From contig CALVJR010000001.1 of NCBI GenBank assembly GCA_944332295.1, positions 64,585-128,584 of the forward strand: a DNA stretch of 64,000 nucleotides, written 5' to 3'. Of the stretch, positions 56,926-64,000 are shown one piece after another. How positions within the stretch are numbered: position 1 is the stretch's first letter; every line of letters begins with the position of its first letter. The notes beneath the pieces are model-generated. The model ran no database searches. It was not told the DNA's origin and saw only the letters and a program-made list of their open reading frames with translations. The DNA is from an uncultured Bacilli bacterium (GTDB lineage: Bacteria; Bacillota_I; Bacilli_A; RF39; UBA660). The position numbers and the translations under genes were made by a program.

Positions 56926-57261
56926 AAAAATATATTCCAAAACAAGGGGATATTGTTTTTTTTGGATTTTAATCCTACAATTGGTCATGAGCAAAAAGGA
57001 TTTAGACCAGCAGTGGTTATTAGTAACAATATTTTTAATATAAATACCAAAATGGTAATGGTATGTCCCATTACATCTAATGAAAAAGAATTTCCAACAC
57101 ATTATAAGCTAGAAGATACGAAAAAAGTACATGGTGCAGTCTTATGTGAGCATATAAGAAGTATAGATTACGAGATTAGAAATTTAAATTTTGTAGAAAA
57201 GCTAAGTAATAATGATTTTATAAGTATAATTACATTATTAAATGCATGTATTGAGGAATAA
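56919..57261 (+). pseudogene. mazF: MazF/PemK-family endoribonuclease toxin interrupted by a +1 frameshift in a T8 tract
   Basis: ATG 56919 (overlapping the mazE stop) reads MVKKYIPKQGDIVFFGF*. The rest (LDFNPTIGHEQKGFRPAVVISNN...) continues in the +1 frame. Removing one T from 56956-56963 restores a canonical MazF N-terminus. Confidence 0.8.
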
Positions 57262-57352
57262 ATCCTTCAAAAAAGTTTCAGATTATCTATCTATGTTTAT
57301 GTATAAGTAATAATCTGAAAATAATACTAACTAAAGCTAGAGGAGATTAACA

Positions 57353-58087
57353 ATGAAAAGTATAATTATATATGATTTTGATGGTACATTGACTCCACAT
57401 TCTCTTCCAAAATTTGAGATATTAGAAAAATGTGGATTACAAAATGGAGCATTAAACCCTAAATTTTTAGAAATATCGAAGAACAAAGCCCAAGAGGAAA
57501 AAATTGATTTATATACAGCGATATATAGGACCTACTTTGAAATAATTCAAAATGCTAACTTGTCATTAAGCGATGATAATTTTTGTTTAGGAGCTGATAC
57601 TGTTACCTATAATAATGGTGTAGAAGAATTTTTAAAAGATTTAAAGGATAATGGTATTAGTAATTACTTACTTAGTTCAGGAATAAAAGTGTATTTAGAG
57701 AAAACAAATATTGCAAATCTTTTTGAAAAAATTTATGGAACAACATTTATCTATAATAACAATAGTGAGGTTGTAGGAATAGATTATTTAATGAATGATA
57801 AGAACAAAGTGGAAGCAATAAAAGATATAATTAAGATTACAGGAAATAAGCAAGATGACTGCCAAAATATAATCTATATAGGAGACGGGTTCACGGATTA
57901 TTATGCAATGGAATATGTAAAAAGAAATGGTGGAACAACAATTTTTGTATATAGAAATAAAAATAATCAGGATTTAAAGAGGTTAAAAGATGAAAATGTG
58001 ATTAGTTTTAGTACTTATGCCGATTTTTCATGTGACAGCCAACTTAGTAAGTTTATAAAAAACATTCTAAAAAAGGAAGTTAAATAG
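57353..58087 (+). CDS. HAD-superfamily hydrolase (subfamily IB-like)
   Basis: Motif I IIYDFDGTLT and motif IV YIGDGFTDYYAM. RBS GAGGAG. Confidence 0.8.
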   Translation: MKSIIIYDFDGTLTPHSLPKFEILEKCGLQNGALNPKFLEISKNKAQEEKIDLYTAIYRTYFEIIQNANLSLSDDNFCLGADTVTYNNGVEEFLKDLKDNGISNYLLSSGIKVYLEKTNIANLFEKIYGTTFIYNNNSEVVGIDYLMNDKNKVEAIKDIIKITGNKQDDCQNIIYIGDGFTDYYAMEYVKRNGGTTIFVYRNKNNQDLKRLKDENVISFSTYADFSCDSQLSKFIKNILKKEVK

Positions 58088-58109
58088 TATTTATGTATTC
58101 TGAGTGATA

Positions 58110-58138
58110 AAAACTCGAACATTGGAGCTTCGAGTTTT
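58110..58138 (+). terminator. Terminator after the HAD gene
   Basis: AAAACTCGAA-loop-TTCGAGTTTT hairpin. Confidence 0.75.
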
Positions 58139-58526
58139 AATATGTCTAGATTTATCTAAAATAGTTATAGTAAATAAAAGAACTATATGTGCAAAAATAG
58201 CATTATGAAAAAATATGCGAATTTAGTATTTTCTAAAACAACTAGAACTATCATAGCAATTACTACCAAATAATGAGACTTGAAGCAATTTATAATTCTA
58301 AAAAAAGAACGTCTAAAAGACAAATATGATACTAAAAAATAGAGCCATACATAAATCAAAAACAAAAAATATCTAGACTTAGAACGAGAAACTCAAGTAA
58401 ATAAAACAAAGTTAGTAAATAAAAGTCTTATTTTAGAAATAGATGGAATATTAGAAGAAGAAAAGAGTCAAAATAAAAGAGAAGAGGAACATTCACGTAA
58501 AAATATGTAAACTAATAAAATACCTC

Positions 58527-58555
58527 TTGTCAATTGTAAAAAAACAAGATAAAAT
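58527..58555 (+). promoter_or_regulatory. Promoter of the SipW-associated operon
   Basis: TTGTCA (58527-58532), 17-nt spacer, TAAAAT (58550-58555), about 70 nt upstream of the first gene. Confidence 0.6.
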
Positions 58556-58624
58556 AAATATGACATAGTAGGAAAGGGAGCAATGTGATGTACTAGAAAA
58601 TAAAAAAACAAGTGGTGATAAAAA

Positions 58625-59329
58625 ATGGCAATTAATACAGTAAACGTAGAAGCGGAACGAATCTACAAGAAAAAAGTTTTCTCAAAATTAGTAAAAATCG
58701 CGTTCTTACTATTAATTATATTTTTATCTATTGTTTATTTATTTTTGTATATCGTCTACGATGGTGGAAGATTTACCGTATCTTTAGATAAAAATATGTC
58801 CAATAGAAAGAATGTATATTTATCAGAAGATGGAAAAAAGAAATCAAAAACCAGGCAGTTATCAGCAGACACCATAGATTATATGGATAACATTTCAATA
58901 AAGTGGCTTCCTGAAAATATTGATACCGAAGCAACAGGTGCTCATAATGGAGATAACTACATAGCTTATACATTTTATGTTGTAAATGCTGGAGAAGAAC
59001 AAGTACATTATTGGTATGAAGTAGATATAGATGATACAATAAAGAATGTAGATGAAGCTATTCGCATTATGATTTATAGAAATGGAAAACCTACGGTCTA
59101 TGCCAAAAAGAGTAAGGTTACCAATAAAAAGGAACCTGGTACAAAGAAATTTGTATCAAAAGACATAGCTGTTTTGGAACAAAGAAAAAACTTGAAACCA
59201 GGCAGCAAAGATCGCTTTACTATTGTTGTATGGATAGAAGGCGATGATCCAGAATGTAAAAATGACCTACTAGGTGGGGAAATTAAAATGCATATGGATA
59301 TCACAGAAGAACATATAGCAAAGAAATAA
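58625..59329 (+). CDS. Membrane-anchored secreted protein, paralog of the downstream putative fibre subunit
   Basis: 234 aa with an N-terminal anchor (IAFLLLIIFLSIVYLFLYIV) and a beta-rich domain ending ...RFTIVVWIEGDDPECKNDLLGGEIKMHMDI. The next protein shares this motif. Confidence 0.75.
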   Translation: MAINTVNVEAERIYKKKVFSKLVKIAFLLLIIFLSIVYLFLYIVYDGGRFTVSLDKNMSNRKNVYLSEDGKKKSKTRQLSADTIDYMDNISIKWLPENIDTEATGAHNGDNYIAYTFYVVNAGEEQVHYWYEVDIDDTIKNVDEAIRIMIYRNGKPTVYAKKSKVTNKKEPGTKKFVSKDIAVLEQRKNLKPGSKDRFTIVVWIEGDDPECKNDLLGGEIKMHMDITEEHIAKK

Positions 59330-59344
59330 TAAGGAGTGAGAAAA

Positions 59345-60367
59345 ATGAAAAAAGAAGAAAAGCAAAAAAAGAAAAAAAGAAAAATATTGTTATCATTAAT
59401 TATGATATTATTTGTAGGAGTTGTGTTAACAGCCTCAACTTATACATGGTTCACTGCCAATAGAACAGTTACTGTTGACCAACTAGATGTTAATGTTTCT
59501 ACTTCTACAGGTTTACAGATTTCAGTAGATGCTACAAACTGGAAAACATTAATTACAAAAGATGATATTTTAGGAGCACAAGCAAATTACACAAATGCAG
59601 TAAACCAAGTACCAGCTGGACAAACAACACCAGTATCATCAATCGGAGAAGTAGACCCTGCTACAGGTTTTATAAAAATGTTCAAAGGTGAACTTGTTAA
59701 TGATGAAGAAGAAGGTCATTTAGTATTATCTGCAGAACAATCAACAGAAACAAATGGTACAACAGGTGACTTTATTGCATTTGACTTATTCTTCCAAACA
59801 AATGAAGCAATGGAAATTCGTCTAACTTCTAATTCAAATGTAGTTGCTGGAGCAACAGATACATCAATTGAAAATGCTGCACGTGTTGCATTTATACCAC
59901 AAGGTCATGCAGAAGCAGGTACTGCACCAGCTGAAATTCAAGCATTAAAAGCAGCTGACTCAACTGAAGTAAAAATCTGGGAACCAAACTTCGATGTTCA
60001 TACAGCATCAGCAGTAAATAATGCTTGGGATAGTTATCAATTAAGAACACAACAAACAGGAGCAACAAGATTGAAATATTATGGAGTAAAAGCAGATATT
60101 CCTACTGGAGCAAAAATTCCTGTTAACTCTCAAGATCCAACATATTTTGCAGATATGGATACAACATTAGCAGATAGATTACTTTCAACACCAGAATCAG
60201 GAATTCCAACAGATGATTACTTAGAAGTATTAAGCTTAGAAGCTGGAGTTACAAAAGTTAGAATTTATATGTGGGTAGAAGGACAAGATGTAGACTGTGA
60301 AAACTATGCATCAGGTGGAGATTTAGCTTTCAACTTACAATTTACTTCATTAGAAAATGCAGGATAA
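59345..60367 (+). CDS. Secreted T/A/Q/N-rich protein with SipW-cognate-like signal peptide (putative TasA-like fibre subunit)
   Basis: Lys-rich n-region, h-region ILLSLIMILFVGVVL, then TASTYTWFTANRTVTVDQLDV. C-terminus ...VRIYMWVEGQDVDCENYASGGDLAFNLQF. ATG 59345 lies 8 nt after AAGGAG. Confidence 0.75.
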   Translation: MKKEEKQKKKKRKILLSLIMILFVGVVLTASTYTWFTANRTVTVDQLDVNVSTSTGLQISVDATNWKTLITKDDILGAQANYTNAVNQVPAGQTTPVSSIGEVDPATGFIKMFKGELVNDEEEGHLVLSAEQSTETNGTTGDFIAFDLFFQTNEAMEIRLTSNSNVVAGATDTSIENAARVAFIPQGHAEAGTAPAEIQALKAADSTEVKIWEPNFDVHTASAVNNAWDSYQLRTQQTGATRLKYYGVKADIPTGAKIPVNSQDPTYFADMDTTLADRLLSTPESGIPTDDYLEVLSLEAGVTKVRIYMWVEGQDVDCENYASGGDLAFNLQFTSLENAG

Positions 60368-60381
60368 AAAATAAAACAACA

Positions 60382-60403
60382 AGGCCTTCTAAGAAGGTCT
60401 TTT
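60382..60403 (+). terminator. Weak intrinsic terminator/attenuator after the putative subunit gene
   Basis: AGGCCTT-CTAAG-AAGGTCT (7 bp with one G-U pair) followed by TTTATAAT. Confidence 0.45.
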
Positions 60404-60421
60404 ATAATATTAGGAGGGTTT

Positions 60422-60523
60422 ATGGATAATACAAAAGAAATATTAGAATTGTACCAACAAATCGAAAAACATATTCGTTTTCTAGAAAGCAATATAATAA
60501 GTGAGGAAGAGCAGGATGACTAA
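60422..60523 (+). CDS. 33-aa acidic helical micro-protein (MDNTKEILELYQQIEKHIRFLESNIISEEEQDD)
   Basis: Not in the ORF track. AGGAGGG lies 3-4 nt upstream of the ATG (short spacing). Its stop overlaps the next start (ATGACTAA), suggesting translational coupling. Confidence 0.45.
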   Translation: MDNTKEILELYQQIEKHIRFLESNIISEEEQDD

Positions 60524-62171
60524 TGAATTACAAGAACAAATAAAAAAAGAAATAGAAGTAAATGAAAATCATATTAATAACTTCCCATTAGAAACAGAAA
60601 CGGGAACAAAAAAGATGAAAGAGAAATTTCGTCGTAATGCAGTAAAAGAACGAAATGCTTATATAGAAAAAGAGTTAACTAAATTCCAAGAATATCAAAG
60701 AAATACATATCAAGTACTAGATAACTATGTACAATCTAATAAACCAGAAGATAAGAATAACCAATATAACGAAGAACAACAAAAACTAGAAGAATTGTTA
60801 AAAATACTCCCTTTAACAAATGATAAGATATCATTAGAAATGAAATTAGGATATGCTCATATCTTTTATGAATTATCAGAAGAAGCAAGTGCATCTTTAA
60901 AAGTAATCAATTCATGTATTTTAGATTTTATAGAAAAAATGAAAAGTGCACAAATTGAATTAACAATAAATAATTTCAACTATAGTCCATTTACATTATC
61001 ATATATGAGCGCATTATTAAAGAACAAAGATCAAGAAAACTTTGATGATCTTATGCAAGAAAGCTTTAAAAACATCTACTGGGAATGTCCTGAAATAATC
61101 ATGCATATAAAAAGAAATTTATTATATATAGTAAAGAAAAATTATCAAAAATTAAAAGAATATAGCCACACCCTAGGTACCAAAGTAGTGGCAGAAAAAA
61201 ACTTAACCATAAATACAGTTGAAAATGTATATCAAAATACAAGAAGCGAGCTAGAAATAAAAAAAGCAAAAGATGAATATAATAATCTTTACTTATTTTT
61301 AAATAAAAATAAAAATATAGATGATTATATAGAAGGAGCACCTTTACGAAATAAAAGTTTTAATCACTTAGTAATAAAAGAAACATATCAAGACTTAACA
61401 CCAGCGGAAAAAGAAGTTTTTGACAGAGAAATAATTAATTTAGGAAACCATTTACAAGTATTAAAAGAATATTATCGTTATGAAAGTATTGTAAAAGATC
61501 TAATTGAAAGATTTAAGAAAAAAGAAGAGTCAAAAGCAAAGTATATAACGAAAGAAAAAGAAATAGAAACAGAAGAAAAAGCAAGAGAAAAATTGTATAA
61601 GGACTATCAAAAAGCAAATGGTATTGGTCTATTTGCAAGAAAAAATGAAACAAAACAAGCGGAAATCAAAGTAAAAATGAAAGAACAAATCAATAAATTA
61701 GATAAACTATATCAAGAACTAGAAGACTTAGAAATTGATATTAAAATTGCAGAAAATCTAACAGAAGGAAGTAGCATATATGATGCTTTAATTACCAGTT
61801 TAAGTTCTTATACTTATATTGAAAAAGTAATGATAGAAAAATTTAAAGATATTGATGTAGATTTTCACTTAGCTAATTATGTAAAAGAGTATTTAGACTT
61901 TATTTATAATCCAAATGCAGATTTCTTAAGAAAGATAACAGTATTACTAGATTATGATATAGCAGAAGTAATATCAGAAAAATATGAATTATTAGGAATT
62001 CATCTGGATAAAGAAGAAATAAGCCCTGATTCGATTGATAGTGAAATACAAACAGTAAATGTTGTAATACTAGTAAATAATATTAAGGCATCAAATATGT
62101 CCCTTGATCAAATGAAATTAATCTGTGACATCAATAAGATTGACTATAAAATAGAAGAAGAAATTTTATAA
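60516..62171 (+). CDS. 551-aa cytoplasmic, largely helical/coiled-coil protein of unknown function
   Basis: No TM or signal peptide; long Glu/Lys heptad-like stretches. ATG 60516 lies 6 nt after GAGGAAG; the tracked GTG 60501 is an alternative. Confidence 0.75.
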   Translation: MTNELQEQIKKEIEVNENHINNFPLETETGTKKMKEKFRRNAVKERNAYIEKELTKFQEYQRNTYQVLDNYVQSNKPEDKNNQYNEEQQKLEELLKILPLTNDKISLEMKLGYAHIFYELSEEASASLKVINSCILDFIEKMKSAQIELTINNFNYSPFTLSYMSALLKNKDQENFDDLMQESFKNIYWECPEIIMHIKRNLLYIVKKNYQKLKEYSHTLGTKVVAEKNLTINTVENVYQNTRSELEIKKAKDEYNNLYLFLNKNKNIDDYIEGAPLRNKSFNHLVIKETYQDLTPAEKEVFDREIINLGNHLQVLKEYYRYESIVKDLIERFKKKEESKAKYITKEKEIETEEKAREKLYKDYQKANGIGLFARKNETKQAEIKVKMKEQINKLDKLYQELEDLEIDIKIAENLTEGSSIYDALITSLSSYTYIEKVMIEKFKDIDVDFHLANYVKEYLDFIYNPNADFLRKITVLLDYDIAEVISEKYELLGIHLDKEEISPDSIDSEIQTVNVVILVNNIKASNMSLDQMKLICDINKIDYKIEEEIL

Positions 62172-62271
62172 AAGAAACTATTTTAAATAAGAAATGATTT
62201 TAAAAAATAGTTTTTTTTTCTGTGATATGTTATAATAAATTATAAAAGAATAAAGATGGTGTGGTGGAGAA

Positions 62272-63528
62272 ATGAAAACAGCAAAAAAAGTAGTAAAATC
62301 AATTGGTTATTTATTTGTTGGAATGCTCGTTGCTCTATGCATATATACATTTATCGCAACAGATATCTTTAAAAAAGATTATGCCAATGTTTTTGGATAT
62401 ACGTATTTCGTAGTAGCAACTGGCTCTATGTCCGGAACAATTGAAGTAAATGATGTAGTAATTGTCAAACTAGGACAAGATGTAAATGTCAACGATGTAA
62501 TTACTTATCAGGGAGAACAAGGCGAGTTTATTACACATAGAGTAGTAAAAAAGATAGGAAATCAAATTATTACCCAAGGTGATGTAAATAATACAGAAGA
62601 TGATCCTATTACAAAAGATGATGTAGTAGGAACAGTAAAATTAGTAATATCTCCAAGCTCAGTATTAAAATTAATTGCAGTTTTACTGATTGTCTTTATA
62701 CTATTAGCTTTTCTTAATTTTGATAAAATCTTTAAGAAATTTGTAATTGGAGAAGACACAAATACGAAAAAGACAGTAAAAGGCAGTGTACCAGAAGAAT
62801 TATTTACAACAACACCAGTCAAAAAAGAAGAAAAGTCAACCGGAAACACAGTAAATATTCCAATCAGTGAAGTCTTACAAATTCAAAAAGACCAAGAACT
62901 AGCAGAGGTAGAAGATGAAATAGAAGTTCTAGAAGTAGAAGATATTATTGATATTGATGATAATAATATTGTAAGAAAAGAAAGAAATAGTGCCAAAGAG
63001 AAAGAAAAAGAACTTCTAGAGCAAGTCCTAAACTTACTAAGAATTAAAAATGATACGTTAACAATTACTAAAATGAACAAAAAATGGTTAACGAAATATC
63101 AATATGTCTATAAATTAGCGCAAATTTTGTCAATGGGAGATACGAAAGAATTAGAAGAGACAATAATGCATCCTACATTTAAAGAAATTTATGACTATGA
63201 TTTAGAACGTGCAGGACTATATGAGAATCTAAGAAATAAAATCTATGAAATGCCAATCTATGTATTCTTAAGAATCTTAACATTTGCTATTCTTTATAAC
63301 GATCCAACATTTTTTGATGGAGTATATAAAATATTAAAATACAAAGTTCAAATTGATAAAGATAGTCATTTTAAAGAAATAAAGAAAAATGACACTTATG
63401 CTAAAAAACAAATACGTTCTCTAATAGCATTTATGCAAAAAATATCAATTAAATTTGATAATAAAAAAGTATTTGAACTAGAACGTATAGAACGATATGT
63501 AAAACTAAAAAATTATGTAAATCATTAA
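62272..63528 (+). CDS. sipW: Archaeal/ER-type signal peptidase I (S26B, SipW-like) with ~270-aa C-terminal extension
   Basis: TM1, catalytic Ser context VVATGSMSGTIEVNDVVIV, His context EFITHRVV, QGDVNNTEDDP, and a second TM (VLKLIAVLLIVFILLAFL). An acidic linker and a helical domain not found in typical ~190-aa SipW proteins follow. Confidence 0.85.
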   Translation: MKTAKKVVKSIGYLFVGMLVALCIYTFIATDIFKKDYANVFGYTYFVVATGSMSGTIEVNDVVIVKLGQDVNVNDVITYQGEQGEFITHRVVKKIGNQIITQGDVNNTEDDPITKDDVVGTVKLVISPSSVLKLIAVLLIVFILLAFLNFDKIFKKFVIGEDTNTKKTVKGSVPEELFTTTPVKKEEKSTGNTVNIPISEVLQIQKDQELAEVEDEIEVLEVEDIIDIDDNNIVRKERNSAKEKEKELLEQVLNLLRIKNDTLTITKMNKKWLTKYQYVYKLAQILSMGDTKELEETIMHPTFKEIYDYDLERAGLYENLRNKIYEMPIYVFLRILTFAILYNDPTFFDGVYKILKYKVQIDKDSHFKEIKKNDTYAKKQIRSLIAFMQKISIKFDNKKVFELERIERYVKLKNYVNH

Positions 63529-63543
63529 AAGGAGGGAAATGCG

Positions 63544-64000
63544 GTGAAGAAGTTAGAATTAAGAAATTCTGCAATCATAAAAATATCATGTGTCTTCGCC
63601 ATAGTAATTGCTAGTTTTGCGATTATTAATCTCTTCACTGCAACAACAACTCTAAGTAATATTGCCGAAGTCTGGGATGGAGTAGAAGTAGCTACTTCAT
63701 TTTCTGCTGGTAATGGAACGAAAGAAAATCCCTACCAAATAGCAAGTGGAAGTGAACTTGCCTATTTAAAAAAGATAGTAGAAGAAAATCTATTCACAGA
63801 CTTAAAAGAAAAATATTTTGTATTAGCAAATGATATTGACCTAGGAGGTCATGTTTGGCAAGGAATTGGAACAAACAACATAGAAAACCAATTTACAGGA
63901 CATATAGATGGACAAGGATATTCTATTAAAAATTTTAAAATAGAAACACCAACAGTAATAAATAATGTAGATTATTATAGTTTTTTTAACACAGTAGCTG
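63544..64000 (+). CDS. Large surface protein, N-terminal part (3' end beyond window)
   Basis: GTG 63544 lies 7 nt after AAGGAGGG and the frame stays open to the window end. N-terminal anchor IKISCVFAIVIASFAIINLF. Then GTKENPYQIASGSELAYLKKIV...YFVLANDIDLGG..W.GIG....FTGHIDGQGYSIKNF, typical of the start of large beta-helix/GLUG-type surface proteins. Confidence 0.7.
   Translation, partial: MKKLELRNSAIIKISCVFAIVIASFAIINLFTATTTLSNIAEVWDGVEVATSFSAGNGTKENPYQIASGSELAYLKKIVEENLFTDLKEKYFVLANDIDLGGHVWQGIGTNNIENQFTGHIDGQGYSIKNFKIETPTVINNVDYYSFFNTVA

Noticed and set aside
58183-58365. 60-aa minus-strand ORF in the spacer after the HAD gene.
   Set aside because: It has no RBS and a Phe/Leu/Val-rich, implausible sequence. 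The region looks like decayed DNA.
54455-58620. Search for an attR-like direct repeat of the tRNA-Leu 3' end and for an integrase/recombinase gene.
   Set aside because: No copy of CGACCGCAGGCACCA or of longer fragments was seen by eye downstream. No ORF has recombinase features. The region is therefore reported only as an islet or remnant, not as a mobile element.
1-64000. CRISPR arrays, rRNA genes, IS elements/transposases, prophage structural genes, and recognised defence systems (RM, Abi, CBASS, retron RT, etc.).
   Set aside because: No regularly spaced short direct repeats, no rRNA-like conserved blocks, and no transposase, integrase, RT or nuclease-ATPase ORFs were seen in any frame. 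The only tandem repeats are intragenic (ChW and Ig-like modules).

Overview
This is an AT-rich (roughly 30% G+C by eye) chromosomal segment from a low-GC Gram-positive bacterium (Bacillota), probably an anaerobic spore-former. TGA is used as a stop codon, so it is not a Mollicute. All calls come from reading the sequence and the translated ORFs; no database search was possible. Contents from left to right: (1) gatA (partial) and gatB. (2) A membrane receptor with a degenerate GGDEF domain, a YihY protein and an LtaS-family transferase. (3) An oxidative-stress trio: ArsC-like protein, desulfoferrodoxin and a flavin-reductase-rubredoxin fusion. (4) An envelope block: an LCP-PASTA protein, a 1324-aa GH73-type autolysin with 4 Ig-like repeats, a J-domain protein and a kinase-less six-PASTA protein. 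(5) A ~27-kb rhamnose-type cell-wall polysaccharide locus (19.8-47.0 kb). It holds an O-antigen-ligase-like protein, rmlACDB, a Wzm/Wzt-type ABC exporter, at least 10 glycosyltransferases (including a GT11 and a GacI/GacJ-like pair), a GT-C-like membrane protein, a Wzx flippase, a ChW-repeat GH25 muramidase, a second LtaS-like enzyme and an O-acyltransferase. (6) A DagK-like lipid kinase. (7) A sporulation locus (spoIIAA-like, sigF-like, spoVAC-D-Eb) that lacks spoIIAB. (8) scpA-scpB and tRNA-Leu(CAA). (9) A small accessory islet downstream of the tRNA: orphan genes, a candidate type I toxin-antitoxin pair and a second structured sRNA (neither visible in the ORF track), mazE with a frameshifted mazF, and a HAD hydrolase. 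(10) The part I consider most interesting, an operon from 58.5 kb to the window end. It is built around an archaeal-type SipW-like signal peptidase with a long extra C-terminal region, and also encodes two paralogous secreted proteins (one with a TasA-like SipW-cognate signal peptide), a micro-ORF, a large coiled-coil protein and a big surface protein. This is a candidate undescribed fibre/matrix assembly system.
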